Assembly: GCF_009834535.1 (NCBI RefSeq)
Contig: NC_045697.1
Span: 15,068,001-15,132,000 of the forward strand
Source of the DNA: Camelus ferus
Taxonomy: Eukaryota
Reading direction: 5' to 3'
DNA length: 64,000 nucleotides
The position numbers were made by a program, and so were the translations under genes. The notes below the pieces were generated by a model. It worked only from the letters and a program-made list of their open reading frames with translations. It did no database searches and was not told the origin of the DNA. How positions within the stretch are numbered: the first letter of the stretch is position 1; every line of letters starts with the position of its first letter. Shown here piece after piece: positions 51,721-64,000 of the stretch.

Positions 51721-53089
51721 CTCAGGAGCCAAGGCTGCACAAAATGATTTCCCCACTCCACTGCCAAAAAAGGCAAGTAGGAAAGCATGCTGTTCAAGGT
51801 CAGACACCAGACAACTCCCTGGTGGTGTTAATCAGACTCAGGAAGCCTAAATGGTGAAAAGGCTCATTTGAGAAGCGGACCCTGCTTGTAGACAAACAGA
51901 GCTGGAGATTTACCACCAAACACAGGCAATGCTCTTTTGTCACAGATAAATATATTCCACTTCATGGGCACAGAAGTGGAAAATAAGCTGTTCTCCAAAT
52001 TTGGCTGTGTTTTTCTGCACTGTCCAGGCGCAGGTGTTTGGAAAGTAGGGGGGAAAAATTACTGTCTCCTTTAAAATACAGTAGCCTGAAAAACCACAAC
52101 TCTTAAGCCCCTATAATTTGCCTCCAGGCAACAGAGCTCCAAAACTAACTTAACTGCATTATCCTAAGAGAAAGAGCTGCCTCAGTTTCTTCGTATTTCT
52201 AAAAGGCAAAGTGCAACCTGTAGCTCCTTACCAGTTGACTTATTTTAAGTTAATAGTGAACAACTGAGAGAGTTTGCAATTCTCACAAAGTGCTTTTCTA
52301 TTAAAGACAGAGTTACAGAGGTAGGCAGTTGCTATAAAAGCTAGGTAAATACAGGCTTGCCTTCTCGGAAGGTGCACTTTTAGGTTTATTTTATTTATTT
52401 ATTTTTTTCCATTCTTGAGTGCCTTGGGCAGTTTCAAGGATTTGTCTCCCTCTAATTTATATTCAGAGTGTTTGTTTATGTATTTGTTTTTGCCTGTTTT
52501 GCATATATATATAAACATTACCTCCCAGAGATTTAGTATATATTGATGTACGTCCTCCATATTTTAAATACCTAGACAGATCTTTTTTTTTTTTCTGACA
52601 ATTATAACAATTCTGGTTGGAACGAATATTTCTCAACAACACTATGCGTGGAATGATGTTCTTTTACAATAAAGAAAGAAGCACTCCTGGAATCGTGGAC
52701 AAACAGATTTAGCAGCAACTCACTCTTCTCTCTAACCCTCCCAGATTCTCACCAGACTCACTGGTATAATCATCTGAATGGGATAATGGAGCATGCTTTC
52801 CAGGAATTTTTCAGAGCTTTAGTTGAAAGTCTCTGAGATTAAAACAAACAAACAGAAAAGGTTTATACATAAAGGTTAGCAATATATGTTTTAAAGTTCT
52901 TGCTCCCATGCATTTGCTGTGAGTGATGACAACTCTGACTCAGTTCAAAATAGGCAGAAATACACTAGAATAGTTGGGACTGATTATTTGAAAGCCCTAC
53001 TTTCTTGTCTATAAAAAGGTAACAGGACATTTTGTTCCTTTGATGGAAAGTAAAATAAGATATGATGTAGCTGACATTAAGCACAGCAA

Positions 53090-53990
53090 TTCCATTCATT
53101 TATGCAAAAATTATGTACTTAGCATTTGTTGTGTTCCATTCAGGGTTCCAGGTCCTGGAGATACAGCAGTAACCAAGAAAGGCAAAGCCCCTGTGTTCCT
53201 GGAGCCTACGTCTCGGATTTGAAAACAATAAATTAGCAGAGTAAATAAGAAAATATCACTTTGAATAAGTGCTATGGAGACTACTAAAACCAGGTTGATA
53301 GAATAGAAAATGAACAGGTTGAACAGCTAGTGAAAAGATTTCTTAAAAAGACAGTTAATCTGGGATATAAATTACAAGAAGGAGCCAACCATCAACTATG
53401 AGATGTCTGAGAAAGAGCATGTCGGGCAGAGTGAAAAGCTTGTGCCAACACTCCAAGATGGAAAAGAGCTTGGCATCCTCAAGAAACAGAAAGAAAGGTA
53501 TGGCTGCAGAAGTGTACTGAGTCAGGAGAGCTTAAGGAGATGATTTCATAGAGGAAGATGGGGGCTACGAGCCAGGATCTACTAGTATATAGGGCTTTAT
53601 AGCCAGGGTGAGGAATTTGGATTTAGTCTATGTGTACTGGAAAGTCACTCCAGGAAACGAGAAAGTTATATGATCTGTCAGCTATATAAAGGATGAAGTG
53701 GAGGGGAGTAAGACTGGAAGAAGGAACACATATGAGGAACATCACAGTGATCCAGAAGAGAAATGATGGTGGCATGGCTTGGAGTGGAAGGAGATGTGGT
53801 TGGATTTCTGGATATATTTTGAAACAGAATTTGTAGAGTTCGGAATGAGGGAAAGAGAAGAATTAAGAATAACTTAGTTTAGGGCTTGAACAATTAGATG
53901 AATGAATTGGTAAAATAGCAACACTATGGGTAGACTATGGGAGTTAAGAAAATTAAAAATTCTACTTTGGACATACTAGAATTAAGATAT
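53090..53990 (-). mobile_element. L2 LINE 3' region
   Basis: cattcatttatgcaaaaatt...ctggagatacagcagt...gaaggagccaacca...gatggtggcatgg...ttctactttggacatact. Confidence 0.75.
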
Positions 53991-56785
53991 TTTAATGTAT
54001 TCAAATTCAAGATATATATATTTTAAGTAATTCATTTAAAAATACCTATTTAAAAGGATGATATCATTATAGAAGCTGCAGATATCAAAGGATAATAAGA
54101 CAATATGATAGAGAACTCTATAGACATAAATTTGACAATTTAGATGAAATGGATCAATTCTTTAAAAACTCTACCAAACATGAAATAGATAATTTGGACA
54201 TCTTTATAATTGTTAAATAAATTGAATTTACGATTTTAAAACTTCTCAAAAGAAGAAATCTTCAGGCTATATGATTTCATTGGAGAAGTCTACCAAATAC
54301 ATGAAGACAAATTTATATCAATCCCTCACAATACCTTCAAGAAAACAGAAGGGAGGTAACACTTCCACACTCCTTTTGTGAACACGGTATTACCCTAATA
54401 AAGACAACACCAAAAAACTAAACTATGAACAAAGATCTCTCACTATATAATATAGACTCAAAAAATCCTTAACAAACATTAACAAAAAATTCAGCAATAT
54501 ATAAAAAGGATTATGTACCACAACCAGGTGGGGTTCAGTTGAAGGCCATAAGGCTGTAGACTGACTTGATATGGAAAACCCAATCAAAGTAACCTACCAT
54601 AGTAACAGCTGAAGAAAAAGAATCACATAATAATATCTATTGATTCAGAAAAAAATATATGACAAATTCAACATGCAGTCATATTAAAAAAAAATCAGTG
54701 AGATAGGAATAGAGGGCAACTTTCTCAGCTCAATAAAGCATATCTACAAAAACCTACTGGTAATATTATACTTAGTGGTGAGAAACTGAATGGTTTCACC
54801 CAAAGATCAGTAACAAGGCAAGAAAGAACGCCTGCTTTGACCAGTATTATTCAATCTAGTGTTGGAAGTATTATCAGTGCAATAGGTAAGAAAGGAAGTT
54901 AACAACATACAGATTGTAAAAAAGAAAATAAAATTCTCCTATTTGAGGATGACATGGTTGTCTATGTAGAAAATTCAAAAAAACTAAAACAAAAAACAAA
55001 AAACAAAACCTCCTAGAATTAATGGTGAGTTCAGCAAGGTCACCGATGATACTAGCTAAACTGACTTCACTTGTACTACTAAGAGTCCGCTGTGCTAGCA
55101 ATAAACAGGACACTGAAAATTAAAACACAGTATCATTCACAATTGCTCAAAAACTGAATACCTAGGTTTAAATCTAATAAAATATATATGAAATTTGTAT
55201 GCTGAAAATGACAAAAACCTCTGATGAAGGAAATAAAAGAAGATTTAAGTCAATGGAGATACTCTGTGTTCATATATCGGAATACTCAGCATAGTAAAGA
55301 TGCCAATGGTCCCTAAATTGATATACAGGTTTAACACAATTCCAATCTAAATCTGACCAAGATTATTTTTTAAATATAGAAAAGATTATGTGGATTATAG
55401 GGAGAGACAAAGGAACTAGAATAGCTGAAACGATTTTGAAAAGAAGATTAAGTCTTGAAATAATTCTACCTGATTTCGAGAGTTACGTGGTTTCAAGACT
55501 GTGGCATTGGTAGAAAGATGGGCGCATAGTTCAGTGGGACAGAACAGAAAACCTAAAAAGAGATCCACACAATTATCACAACTGATTTTTGACAAAAGAT
55601 GCCAAGAGAAATTCAATGGAGAAAACAGAGTCTTTCAGCAGGTGGTTCTTGGGCTATTGGACATTTATAGTCAAAAACAACCTTCACCAAGATCTCATAC
55701 CTTATACATATATTATTAGTTCACAATGGATCATAGAATTAAATGTAAAATTATAAAAGCTTTAAAAAATAGGAGAAAATCTCTACCATTTGAGGGTAGG
55801 TAAAGATTTTTCAGACTTGACACCAAAAGCATTACTTACAAAAGAGAAATTGCTAAGTTGGATGTCATCAAATTTAAAAACTCTCACTCATCAAAGACCC
55901 TGTTAAGAGGATGAAAACAAGCTATAGAGTGGAAGGAAATATTTACAAACCACATATCTGACAAAAGACTAGTATCCAGAATATGTAAAGAACTTACAAA
56001 AAATAGTAAAAAGCACACAATCCAATTAGAACATGAACAAAAGACACGAAGACATTTCACAAAATAAGATATGCAAATGGCAACAAAGCATATCAAAGAT
56101 ACTTGATACCATTAATCATTACTGAAGTACAAAATAAAACTACAATAAGGTATCACTATACATCTATTAGAATGGCTAAAATGAAAAATTAGTGTTCAGA
56201 CCAAAGGTTGGTGAGGATGCAGAGAAACTGGACCATTCGTATATTGCTGGTGGAAGTCTAAAATGGTACAGCCACTTTGAAAAAATAGCGTGGGAACTTT
56301 TTAAACGAATTCTAAACATACATCAACCATTTAACCCAGCAGTTGTACTCCTGAGCTCTTATCCCAGAGAAATGAAAATACATGTCCAGCATTTATAGTA
56401 TTTTTGCCTGTAACAGCCCCAAACTGGAAACAACCTAGACATTCTTGAAGGAGTGAATAGTTAAGCAAACAGTGGGACATCCATACTAGCAAGAAAAAAG
56501 GAACAGACTATTGATATCCACAACCTGGATGAATCTCAAGGGGATTATTTGGAGTGAAAAAAAGCCAATTGAAAAAGGTCACATATTGCATGATTTCACC
56601 TATATAACATTCTTGAAATGACAAAATTATAAAAATAGACAACAGATTAATGGATGCCTAAGATTAAGGAAAGGGTGGGGCCAGAGGGAAGTAAATGTAG
56701 CTACAAAAGTGCAGCATGCTAGATCCTTGGTTGTCAACTGACATTGACTATATTGGTGTCAATACCCTAGTTGTGATACTACTAG

Positions 56786-56854
56786 TTTTTCTTTCAATTG
56801 AAGTATAGTTGATTTATGGTGTTGTGTTAATTTTTGGTGTATAGCATAGTTATT

Positions 56855-56890
<36 letters not shown>

Positions 56891-56998
56891 TATTCCTTTT
56901 CATATTCTTTTTCATTATAGGCCATTACAGAGTATTGAATATAGTTCCCTATGCTATACAGTAAGACCTTGTTGTTAATCTATTTTATATACAGCAGT
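56786..56998 (-). mobile_element. Younger L1 3' end nested antisense in the old L1, with an internal (GT)n
   Basis: ttgaagtatagttgattta...gtattgaatatagttccctatgctatacagta. It splits the host motif tgtgatact...|...ttttgtaagatgttacca. Confidence 0.8.
56858..56889. repeat. (GT)n microsatellite, about 16 units
   Basis: Direct observation. Confidence 0.95.
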
Positions 56999-57139
56999 AT
57001 TTTTGTAAGATGTTACCACTGGGGGAAACCAAATACTTTACCATGAATCTCTTTGTATCATTTCTTACAATTGCATGTGAATCTACAATTATCTCAAAAT
57101 AAAAAGTTTACTTAAAAATTAAAGAAATAGAAAAATTAA

Positions 57140-57430
57140 GTACTTTTTAGCACCTACTATGTATTATAACTTTAGGTTCTGAATATACACAAGTGAACCA
57201 AACAGACAAAAACCAGTGATTCATGGAGCTTATAATATAAAGGGAGGACAAAGACAATAGAACGGGGCCAGGAGAAGTGAATATGCTAAATGGATGGGAG
57301 GGGATGATGATGCAAGTAAAATGGGGTGATCAGAGAAGTCCTCACTGAGGTGATATGTAAGCAAAGATTTGAAGGGGACGCAGGAGCGAGCCACGAGGAG
57401 ACCTAGAGTACACACATGGGAACATTCTCA
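57140..57430 (-). mobile_element. L2 3' fragment
   Basis: agcacctactatgt...agtgaaccaaacagacaaaaacc...tcatggagctta...tcagagaagtcctcactgaggtgat. Confidence 0.7.
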
Positions 57431-57956
57431 GTACGTGCATCTTTCTGTAGTCTCTGAATGGTCGGTCAAGACTATAAATCATTCTACTGGAGAACTTTCT
57501 TGAAGTCAGCCCTCTGTAAAGGCTCATTTTTGATGCTGAAGCCCAGAGCATCAATCTGACTAATCTTTTCTCTAGGAAAAGCAACTACAAATCACCAATT
57601 GTGTTGGTGAACCCATTGCCTGTATCTATTTACTGCTGGGGGATGTGTAGGGGAAAATATTGTTGCTTAATGTTATCCTCAGGAACATACAAAACATAAA
57701 TAGGAAGATAAATATAAAATGTCACAGAGCATTAGAGAAGGAAAAAGCTCTTAATTATCAGCTAATTTGCATTAATATAACCATTAACTCCCATAATATC
57801 AACAATCAAGGTTGCGTGTTCAAAAATAACAGATGTCCTCAACGTTTCAGAAGTGCTTGAGTAAAAGTTACTGCCATTCACAAAGAAATGTGAGTGAGCT
57901 TTACAATAGCTCTCCAGAGCTCAAGGGTTTTCTAGATGAACAGACTAGTTAGCAGT

Positions 57957-58490
57957 TTTTTTTAAATTCTCTCCTAGATCTAGGATTTATTTTATATTGT
58001 ATTTTTAAAAATTTTTCAATTGAGTTTTAGTCATTTTACAATGTTGTGTCAAATTCCATTGTAGAGCACAATTTTTCAGTTATACGTGAACATACATATA
58101 TTCACTGTCACATCTTTTTTTTCGCTGTGAGCTACCACAAAATCTTGTATACACTTCCCTGTGCTATATAGTATAATCTTGTTCATCTGTTTTACATTTT
58201 GAAATCCTGGTCTGTCCCTTCCCAACCCCTGCCCCCTTGGGCAAAATACACAAGTTTGTATTCTATGTCTATGAGTCTGTTTCTGTTTTGTATTTATGTT
58301 TTGTTTTGGGTTTTTTTTTAGATTCCACATATGAGCGATCTCATATGGTATTTTTCTTTCTCTTTCTGGCTTACTTCACTTAGAATGACATTCTCCAGGA
58401 ATATCCATGTTGCTGCAAACAGTGTTATGTTGTCGGTTTTTGTGGCTGAATAGTATTCCATTGTATAAATATACCACTTCTTCTTTATCC
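57957..58490 (-). mobile_element. 5'-truncated young L1 (ORF2 end and 3' UTR)
   Basis: ORF2 C-terminal peptide WIKKKWYIYTMEYYSA...ILSEVSQKEKEKYHM. Imperfect TSD acagactagt..tagca at about 57940 and 58491. Confidence 0.9.
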
Positions 58491-60399
58491 ACAGACTAGT
58501 GTTAGCACTTTTAGTGCATGAAACTACTAAAGTTTCCTGCAGTACAGTGATAGCTAAATTTAATTTAAAGGCAAACTTGCACATCAGTAAGAACCAAAGG
58601 TCCCATGATGGGGGTGACTCCACAGGAAACCACTGGTCTTGTTAAGTAAGTTACAGGGGAATGTGAAAAGTGCAGGCTCATTTCCAGGTGTATTTCTCTT
58701 TTGGAATTTTATTTTATTTTTTTTCTGATCAGCTCTTCTTGAGAAGTCCAAGTCCAGGTAAAGCAGTTCTTAAACACACTTGAGTCACCCTCATTGTTCC
58801 TTAGAATAGAAAAATAAACATGACTTATCAATTAAGGGAAGAATGTTGGCTTTCCTTCAAGGAAGAAAGAACCCAGTGATTTCCCAAGAAGGCTCTTGCC
58901 ACAATGGAGCTTTCCCCCAAATGCTGCTCCTCTCAATACATTTTCCTGTATTCAGTGTGTCTCAGTGGAAACAGACATTGTTATGCTTTTCAAATTGTCA
59001 CAAGTTGCAAAATTAAACATGTGCAGCTTAAAAATAGCTCACCATGGGGCTGCAGAGAGAAGCAGAGCAGAGCCTTGCGGCAAAGTCACAGGTTTTGAAA
59101 GTGGGTCTTGATAAAATATCAGACTAGCTGGTGTCCATTAGAGAGGAATGTCCCAATGCCACGTCCATTATTATTCCAGAAACACCACCATTTGCCTACT
59201 TCAATGAATAAAGAGCATACCAACACATTAATAACTTTTGCATCAACTTTGGAAACACCCTTGGGGATACAAAGCAAGGTGCGAGAAGTCCCCATTCCAT
59301 GTGTCTATGTCTAAATCAACCAAAAAAACAAACAATTAGTATTCTAAGTAACACCTATATAATGCAATGATTCATTAAATCATCCATAATTTAATATCAA
59401 ACAATGAGACCAAAACTATTGATAGATATGAGAATTCTGTATTCCTATTGGCATCAAGGAGGTGAGATAATACACTCACAAGCAAATAGATCCATACAAG
59501 TATGTATTTAATACAAATTATGAGGAAAAAGAAAACTAGAGAGCAGAAAAAGTGAACATTTTCCTAGAAGATGAAGTTCTACCTATTTTTTGCTTTGTTT
59601 TTAACAGGGAGAGCCATAGTTACTCATATATAAGAATTCAGGGGTAAGTAGAACTTGTTTACGATACAGTGTATGTCACAGGGAAACTGTCCATTGAAAA
59701 CACGTGTCACCAAGAGCTGAGAACCCCGATAATGGGGCCCCACCCACTGGGAGCCCCATCCAAAAGCCTAATCATTATTGTTATGGTAGCTGGAAACAGA
59801 TGTGTTTTGCTGAAGGAGAGCCCTGAAAGTCAGAGTCAGATGCATGTGCTATAATTAGAAGAAAATAAAAACACATTAAAGAGTCTGACAAGCAGAGACA
59901 GGGCTCAGATCACGGACATGGACATGGATTTCCTTCCACGACAGCATGAAGAACTTGCGAAGAGGGTAGACTGAGAGGTACCAGCAGGAAGAAAGCTGCC
60001 CCCTTCCCAGTCACAGACTTACCCCCAGATTATTAAAAGGAGGGCCTGATGTGTCCCAGGGCCCATGTTTCCACCAAATTAGGCTGAAAACAATTTATAT
60101 TAGCTTATTTTCTTTGTGACAGATTTTCCTCCACTTTCTGATGGGCTATACAGAGTAAGGAACTGGGTTCTAATCTAGCGCTGGAATTAAACATCAAGCT
60201 ATTTGTCTTTACTCAAACTCATTTTACTCTTCAGCAGCCTTGCAATCCCCTGCCTGAAAAAACACGTGTGATTATTGGGAGCATAAAAACAATATCGCAC
60301 AAGGATCTAGCAATTTTAAAGTGTTTATATACTTTTTTTTTTTAACTTTAATTGAGATCCCTGGAACTTACTCACTTCAATTTTATCCAAACTCTTCCC

Positions 60400-60580
60400 C
60401 AGTTTTTCTCAAAGTATGGTCTTTGGTCAATTGTCAACAGAACTACCTGGAATGCCTGTTTAAAAGACAGATTTTGGGGGCCCTACCTTCAACACACAGT
60501 CACAGAATCCTTGGGTTTAGGGCAAGAAATCTAACAAATTTAGTATTTCCTGAGTTCTCAAAAACACAGAATTTTGATAA
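60400..60580. mobile_element. MER5-like hAT-Charlie relic
   Basis: cagtttttctcaaagtatggtc...cagaactacctgg...gtttaaaagacagatt..gggccctacc...cagaatcc. Confidence 0.6.
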
Positions 60581-63500
60581 TCAAAGCAACCTAAGCCAAC
60601 CTCCATCTTGTAATGAAAAATCAATTGCAGCTTGAAGACGATACAGTTAAGATTCCATGAATGTTTCACTAACCCACCAGGTACTTCAGCCTACTGCGAC
60701 CGGCAGCGGCTGAGAGGCTGGGATGTGGTCTTGGTGATGTATCCCCTGCTTTCCATGTCGAAACAAATCACAAGTGGCGGAAGGAAGCTTCATTTTCACT
60801 TATATCAAAGGCAACCCACAGGCTGGTTTGAAACAATCAGGTTACTCATTTGGCTCCAGCAGAAGTCATCAGTTACAAGCAGCCATGTGGTGTCTATTCA
60901 AATCTGATGAGCGCACACAGGCATGGTGATAGTGCCTTGACAAAATATTTTACTAGAATAGCCAATGTACTTAAAACAATGAAGCCGCACAGATGATCTG
61001 AACTAGGATCCAGCATGCTAATACTCTTCCCTTCCACTAGTATAGTTTTTGAAGATTAGTCTTTCTTTTTCAATTATCACATACTATGTACAATTTGGTT
61101 AATATAATTACCATCAGTTGAGTAAGCTGAACTCAACCAATGTTTGCTTGTTTTTGTTTCTTAAGGAAGAGGCACAGGACTTTCTGTTTCATCCTCTGGG
61201 GAGGTGAGACCCCTGGAAAGACAATTTTGAGTCTGAGGTAACTAATTGAAGGGCAGTATATAATTTTAAAAAATGAAAGAAGTAATGAATGTACCAGCCT
61301 CCCCCTAAATCCCAACTAACACATAGAAAGAGTTGATTCAGAAAAATTTTAATTGAGTTTCTACTACTTACCAGGCAGAGGTCAGTAATTAACTCTCAAT
61401 GCTGTTAAGATACATACTGAGCATTTAGAAATGTTAATCTAGCAGTCAGAAGAAAGGTCAAGGCTGAAGGTCACATGTGGAAGCCATCCGTATAGAAGTG
61501 ACAGTTAAGGCTGACTATGGATGGAACTCCTGGAGGAGACAGAGGTGATCTACAAGGCTGCTGTCACACTGTCTCAGTTATAAATGGCTTTGCCCTATTT
61601 TCCATTCAAAATTGAACTGCCTTCCACTATTTATTTACCATAAAACATTTTTTAAAGAGAAGATGCAAATTAAAAAAAAAATCGGAGCTGAAAACAAAAA
61701 CAAAGAACTAAAGATTATGAGAAATAACAGTGATATTAAAATGGAAATTTTCTTGATTTGTTCAGCAAAAAAAGGATCTTTCTCACTTAGGTAAATAGCC
61801 AGAAATATTAGATGTAATGGCCTTAGATAATCACCAAAAAATATTCCCTCATTAATATAATAAACATGGTTATGATTCTCTTTTGCAAAGTTCCCGCTAA
61901 AGTTTCCATTGATGCTTTTATAACTACACTAATGCCACAGGCCAAATGCCAAAAAATCAGCACATACTCTAGTCCTGCAGCTAATAATTACCTCCAACAT
62001 ATTATGAAACCACCGGAGCCGCCAGCACAGGCGACTTTCAGATGAAACTGACAGGACAGCACACATTGGCGCGTCACTACGGAAAACGAAGCAATGTAAC
62101 AACAACACGCAACTGCTGCCATTCTCCCAAAATTATAAATTCTTGCTTTGACTCACATAAAGCAAAATATTAAATTAGGCTGAAAACAAAGCCTTGTCTT
62201 GGACTTTGTTTCACAATCCTAAATTCAGTTCTGACTAGTGGAAGGAAAATAATGCCTCAGAATCCTCGGTGCCTTTTCAGTGTCCTTGGGTGTGCTCTGA
62301 GGATTCATTTCCAAACAGCAGTCTGAGGACGATCACACTGCACACACTCCCCGGGAACTTGCTGCCACGCCCCCTTCTCATCAGAGCAGCACGATTACAT
62401 ATGCAGGATCCTGGCACGGTGGTGCAGAGCAAAGTAACACAGGGCTGTGACCTTCTCCAGGAAAATCAGTCAGGGAACAAATGCGTGGCAATGGGTGACA
62501 CTAACTACGTGCTGTAACCGAAAACCACCTAATGCAGTTTTCATGTTACACGCTCTCCAGCATAGTAAATGCACTATTAAACTCTCACTGCGGTAGTCAC
62601 ACTAAAAGCCTTTTAAAGGCAGGATGCAAATTCATATTCGGAGCTGTCCATAGCTGACCCTCTGCTCCATGTAAAACCTCACAGCCAATGTGGCAGGAGT
62701 TGGGGGGCTGTGAGGTGAGCCCTGAACCAAGGTGAGCCCTGGACCGAGAATCAAGCAGGCATTCTGCATCTCTCCAAGCCCAAAGTTGAGCAAGTTGCTT
62801 CAGGTCTCAGTTGCCTCTTCTGAAAAATGATGGCACTGGATTAAGTAACCCTTGCCTTCTTTTCCAATCCAATCCAATTAATTAATTAATTAATTAACAA
62901 ATGTCTACACAAGAAGCTCTCTCTATATATATATTTGAGGTTATACTTTATTTTAATTTATTTTTTAAATATGTTTTTAAATAGCCACACAATGTTCCAT
63001 AACACGGATGTAATTCAGTCTATTCCCCATACTCCTACTGGCAGATATTCAAGATTTTTCAGTTGTCCTGCTACCACAAATAGTACTACAATAAATAACC
63101 TTATAAACACATCCTTATGATCTGATATTGAGCTTTTATTGCTGTAAGATTGTGTCATTTACTTAGACACATGCCCACGACATATTGTTATGTGAGAAAA
63201 CAAGTTACAAAGACATGCATATGTATATGGTATGACCCTATTTTTGTGAAATAAAACTACATTCTCTATGTATGTGTGTCTCATTTGCAAAGAATGGTGA
63301 CCTATTTCATCGGAAGGAGGGCACAGATAACATAAGAAAAAAGGAGACTGCCACAAAATAAATGCTCTTGTGATATAGTGCTAACATCTAGAATATACAG
63401 CTATAAAATGTATGAAAATATGAAATATTTTAATATACATCTATGAGAAAGATATATAGGTTAGAAGAAAACATTCATTTCATTAAGTGATGGGAAATGT

Positions 63501-63639
63501 AGGCAGTTTTTTTTACGTGAATCCCTTCTGCTGTTTTTATATTATTTTTGCAGAAAAGTAACATATAGACAAAAAGGAAGATAATGAGTCTGTGATATGA
63601 ACTCCCTTTAGACGTTCTAGACTTGCAAAATACCAATAA

Positions 63640-63880
63640 TATGTATTTACTGAACATTCTTTATGGGCAGGGCACCATGGTGAACAATTTTGTTGGGTTA
63701 TCCAATCTTCACAAGAAATTTTGAGGTAGGTCTTCTTATTCCCCCCACAAAAGGATGGGTGAATGAAGGATAAGAAAGAATAACTGACTCTCCTAAATTT
63801 CCTGTGATATTAAGTATCATATCCTGAATATGTTCCACAATTTGCCTGATGCCCAAATCCATGCTCTGAAGCATTATGGA
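63640..63880 (-). mobile_element. MIR SINE
   Basis: tatttactgaacatt...ggcaccatgg...aatcttcacaag...tgaggtaggt..tattccccc. Confidence 0.55.
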
Positions 63881-64000
63881 ACGTCATAGCCCACGTCTCT
63901 GCTTCCCATGGACTTCGGAAAACCCACGTAAGTCACCCCTTTGGGTCAGAGCATTGAATTCCACCCCACTTTTCTACCATGGGAGCCATTAAAACCATAA

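Larger units (their letters stand above)
54050..57120 (+). mobile_element. Old L1M (L1MC/MD-like), about 3 kb of degraded ORF2 and 3' UTR
   Basis: Extensive ORF2 remnants (gatgaaatggatcaattc, caactgatttttgacaaaagatgccaag, ggtgaggatgcagagaaactgga). The 3' end is gcatgtgaatctacaattatctcaaaataaaaagtt. Confidence 0.9.

Noticed and set aside
60015..60030. Strong minus-strand donor GGG|GTAAGT
   Set aside because: I found no convincing paired acceptor or ORF. Isolated consensus donors are expected by chance in 64 kb.
62862..62897. (TCCAA)3 followed by (TTAA)n as CCAAT/homeobox sites
   Set aside because: More simply explained as slippage repeats at the edge of degraded repeats.
1..64000. CRISPR arrays, operons or prokaryotic/viral defence systems
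   Set aside because: This is mammalian intronic DNA with no repeat-spacer arrays or long ORFs.

Overview
AT-rich, CpG-depleted mammalian genomic DNA, most likely from a camelid: it has a tRNA-Ala-derived Vic-type SINE and young L1 3' ends, and I saw no Alu, Bov-tA/BovB or PRE-1. The window lies inside the very long 5' region of KCNIP4 (KChIP4, a Kv4 channel-interacting Ca2+ sensor), transcribed on the minus strand. The only coding exon I can support is too short for the ORF track. It is an 88-nt alternative first coding exon at 51122-51209 (-) encoding MSGCRKRCKREILKFAQYLLRLLTGSLHT and ending in phase 1 at a CAG|GTAATG donor. It has an upstream-ATG-free, U32-containing leader and a GC-box promoter region. 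The rest is intron with L1, L2, MIR, MaLR/ERVL LTRs, an internally inverted ERV-L fragment, hAT DNA transposon relics and microsatellites. All listed ORFs look spurious or repeat-derived. There are no prokaryotic features or CRISPR arrays. The best leads are a possible unannotated phase-1 alternative N-terminal exon (2390-2471), splice signals inside the exon leader, a CpG-retaining candidate enhancer near 62 kb, and a long sense-strand UG tract. Repeat names and boundaries were assigned by eye and are approximate.
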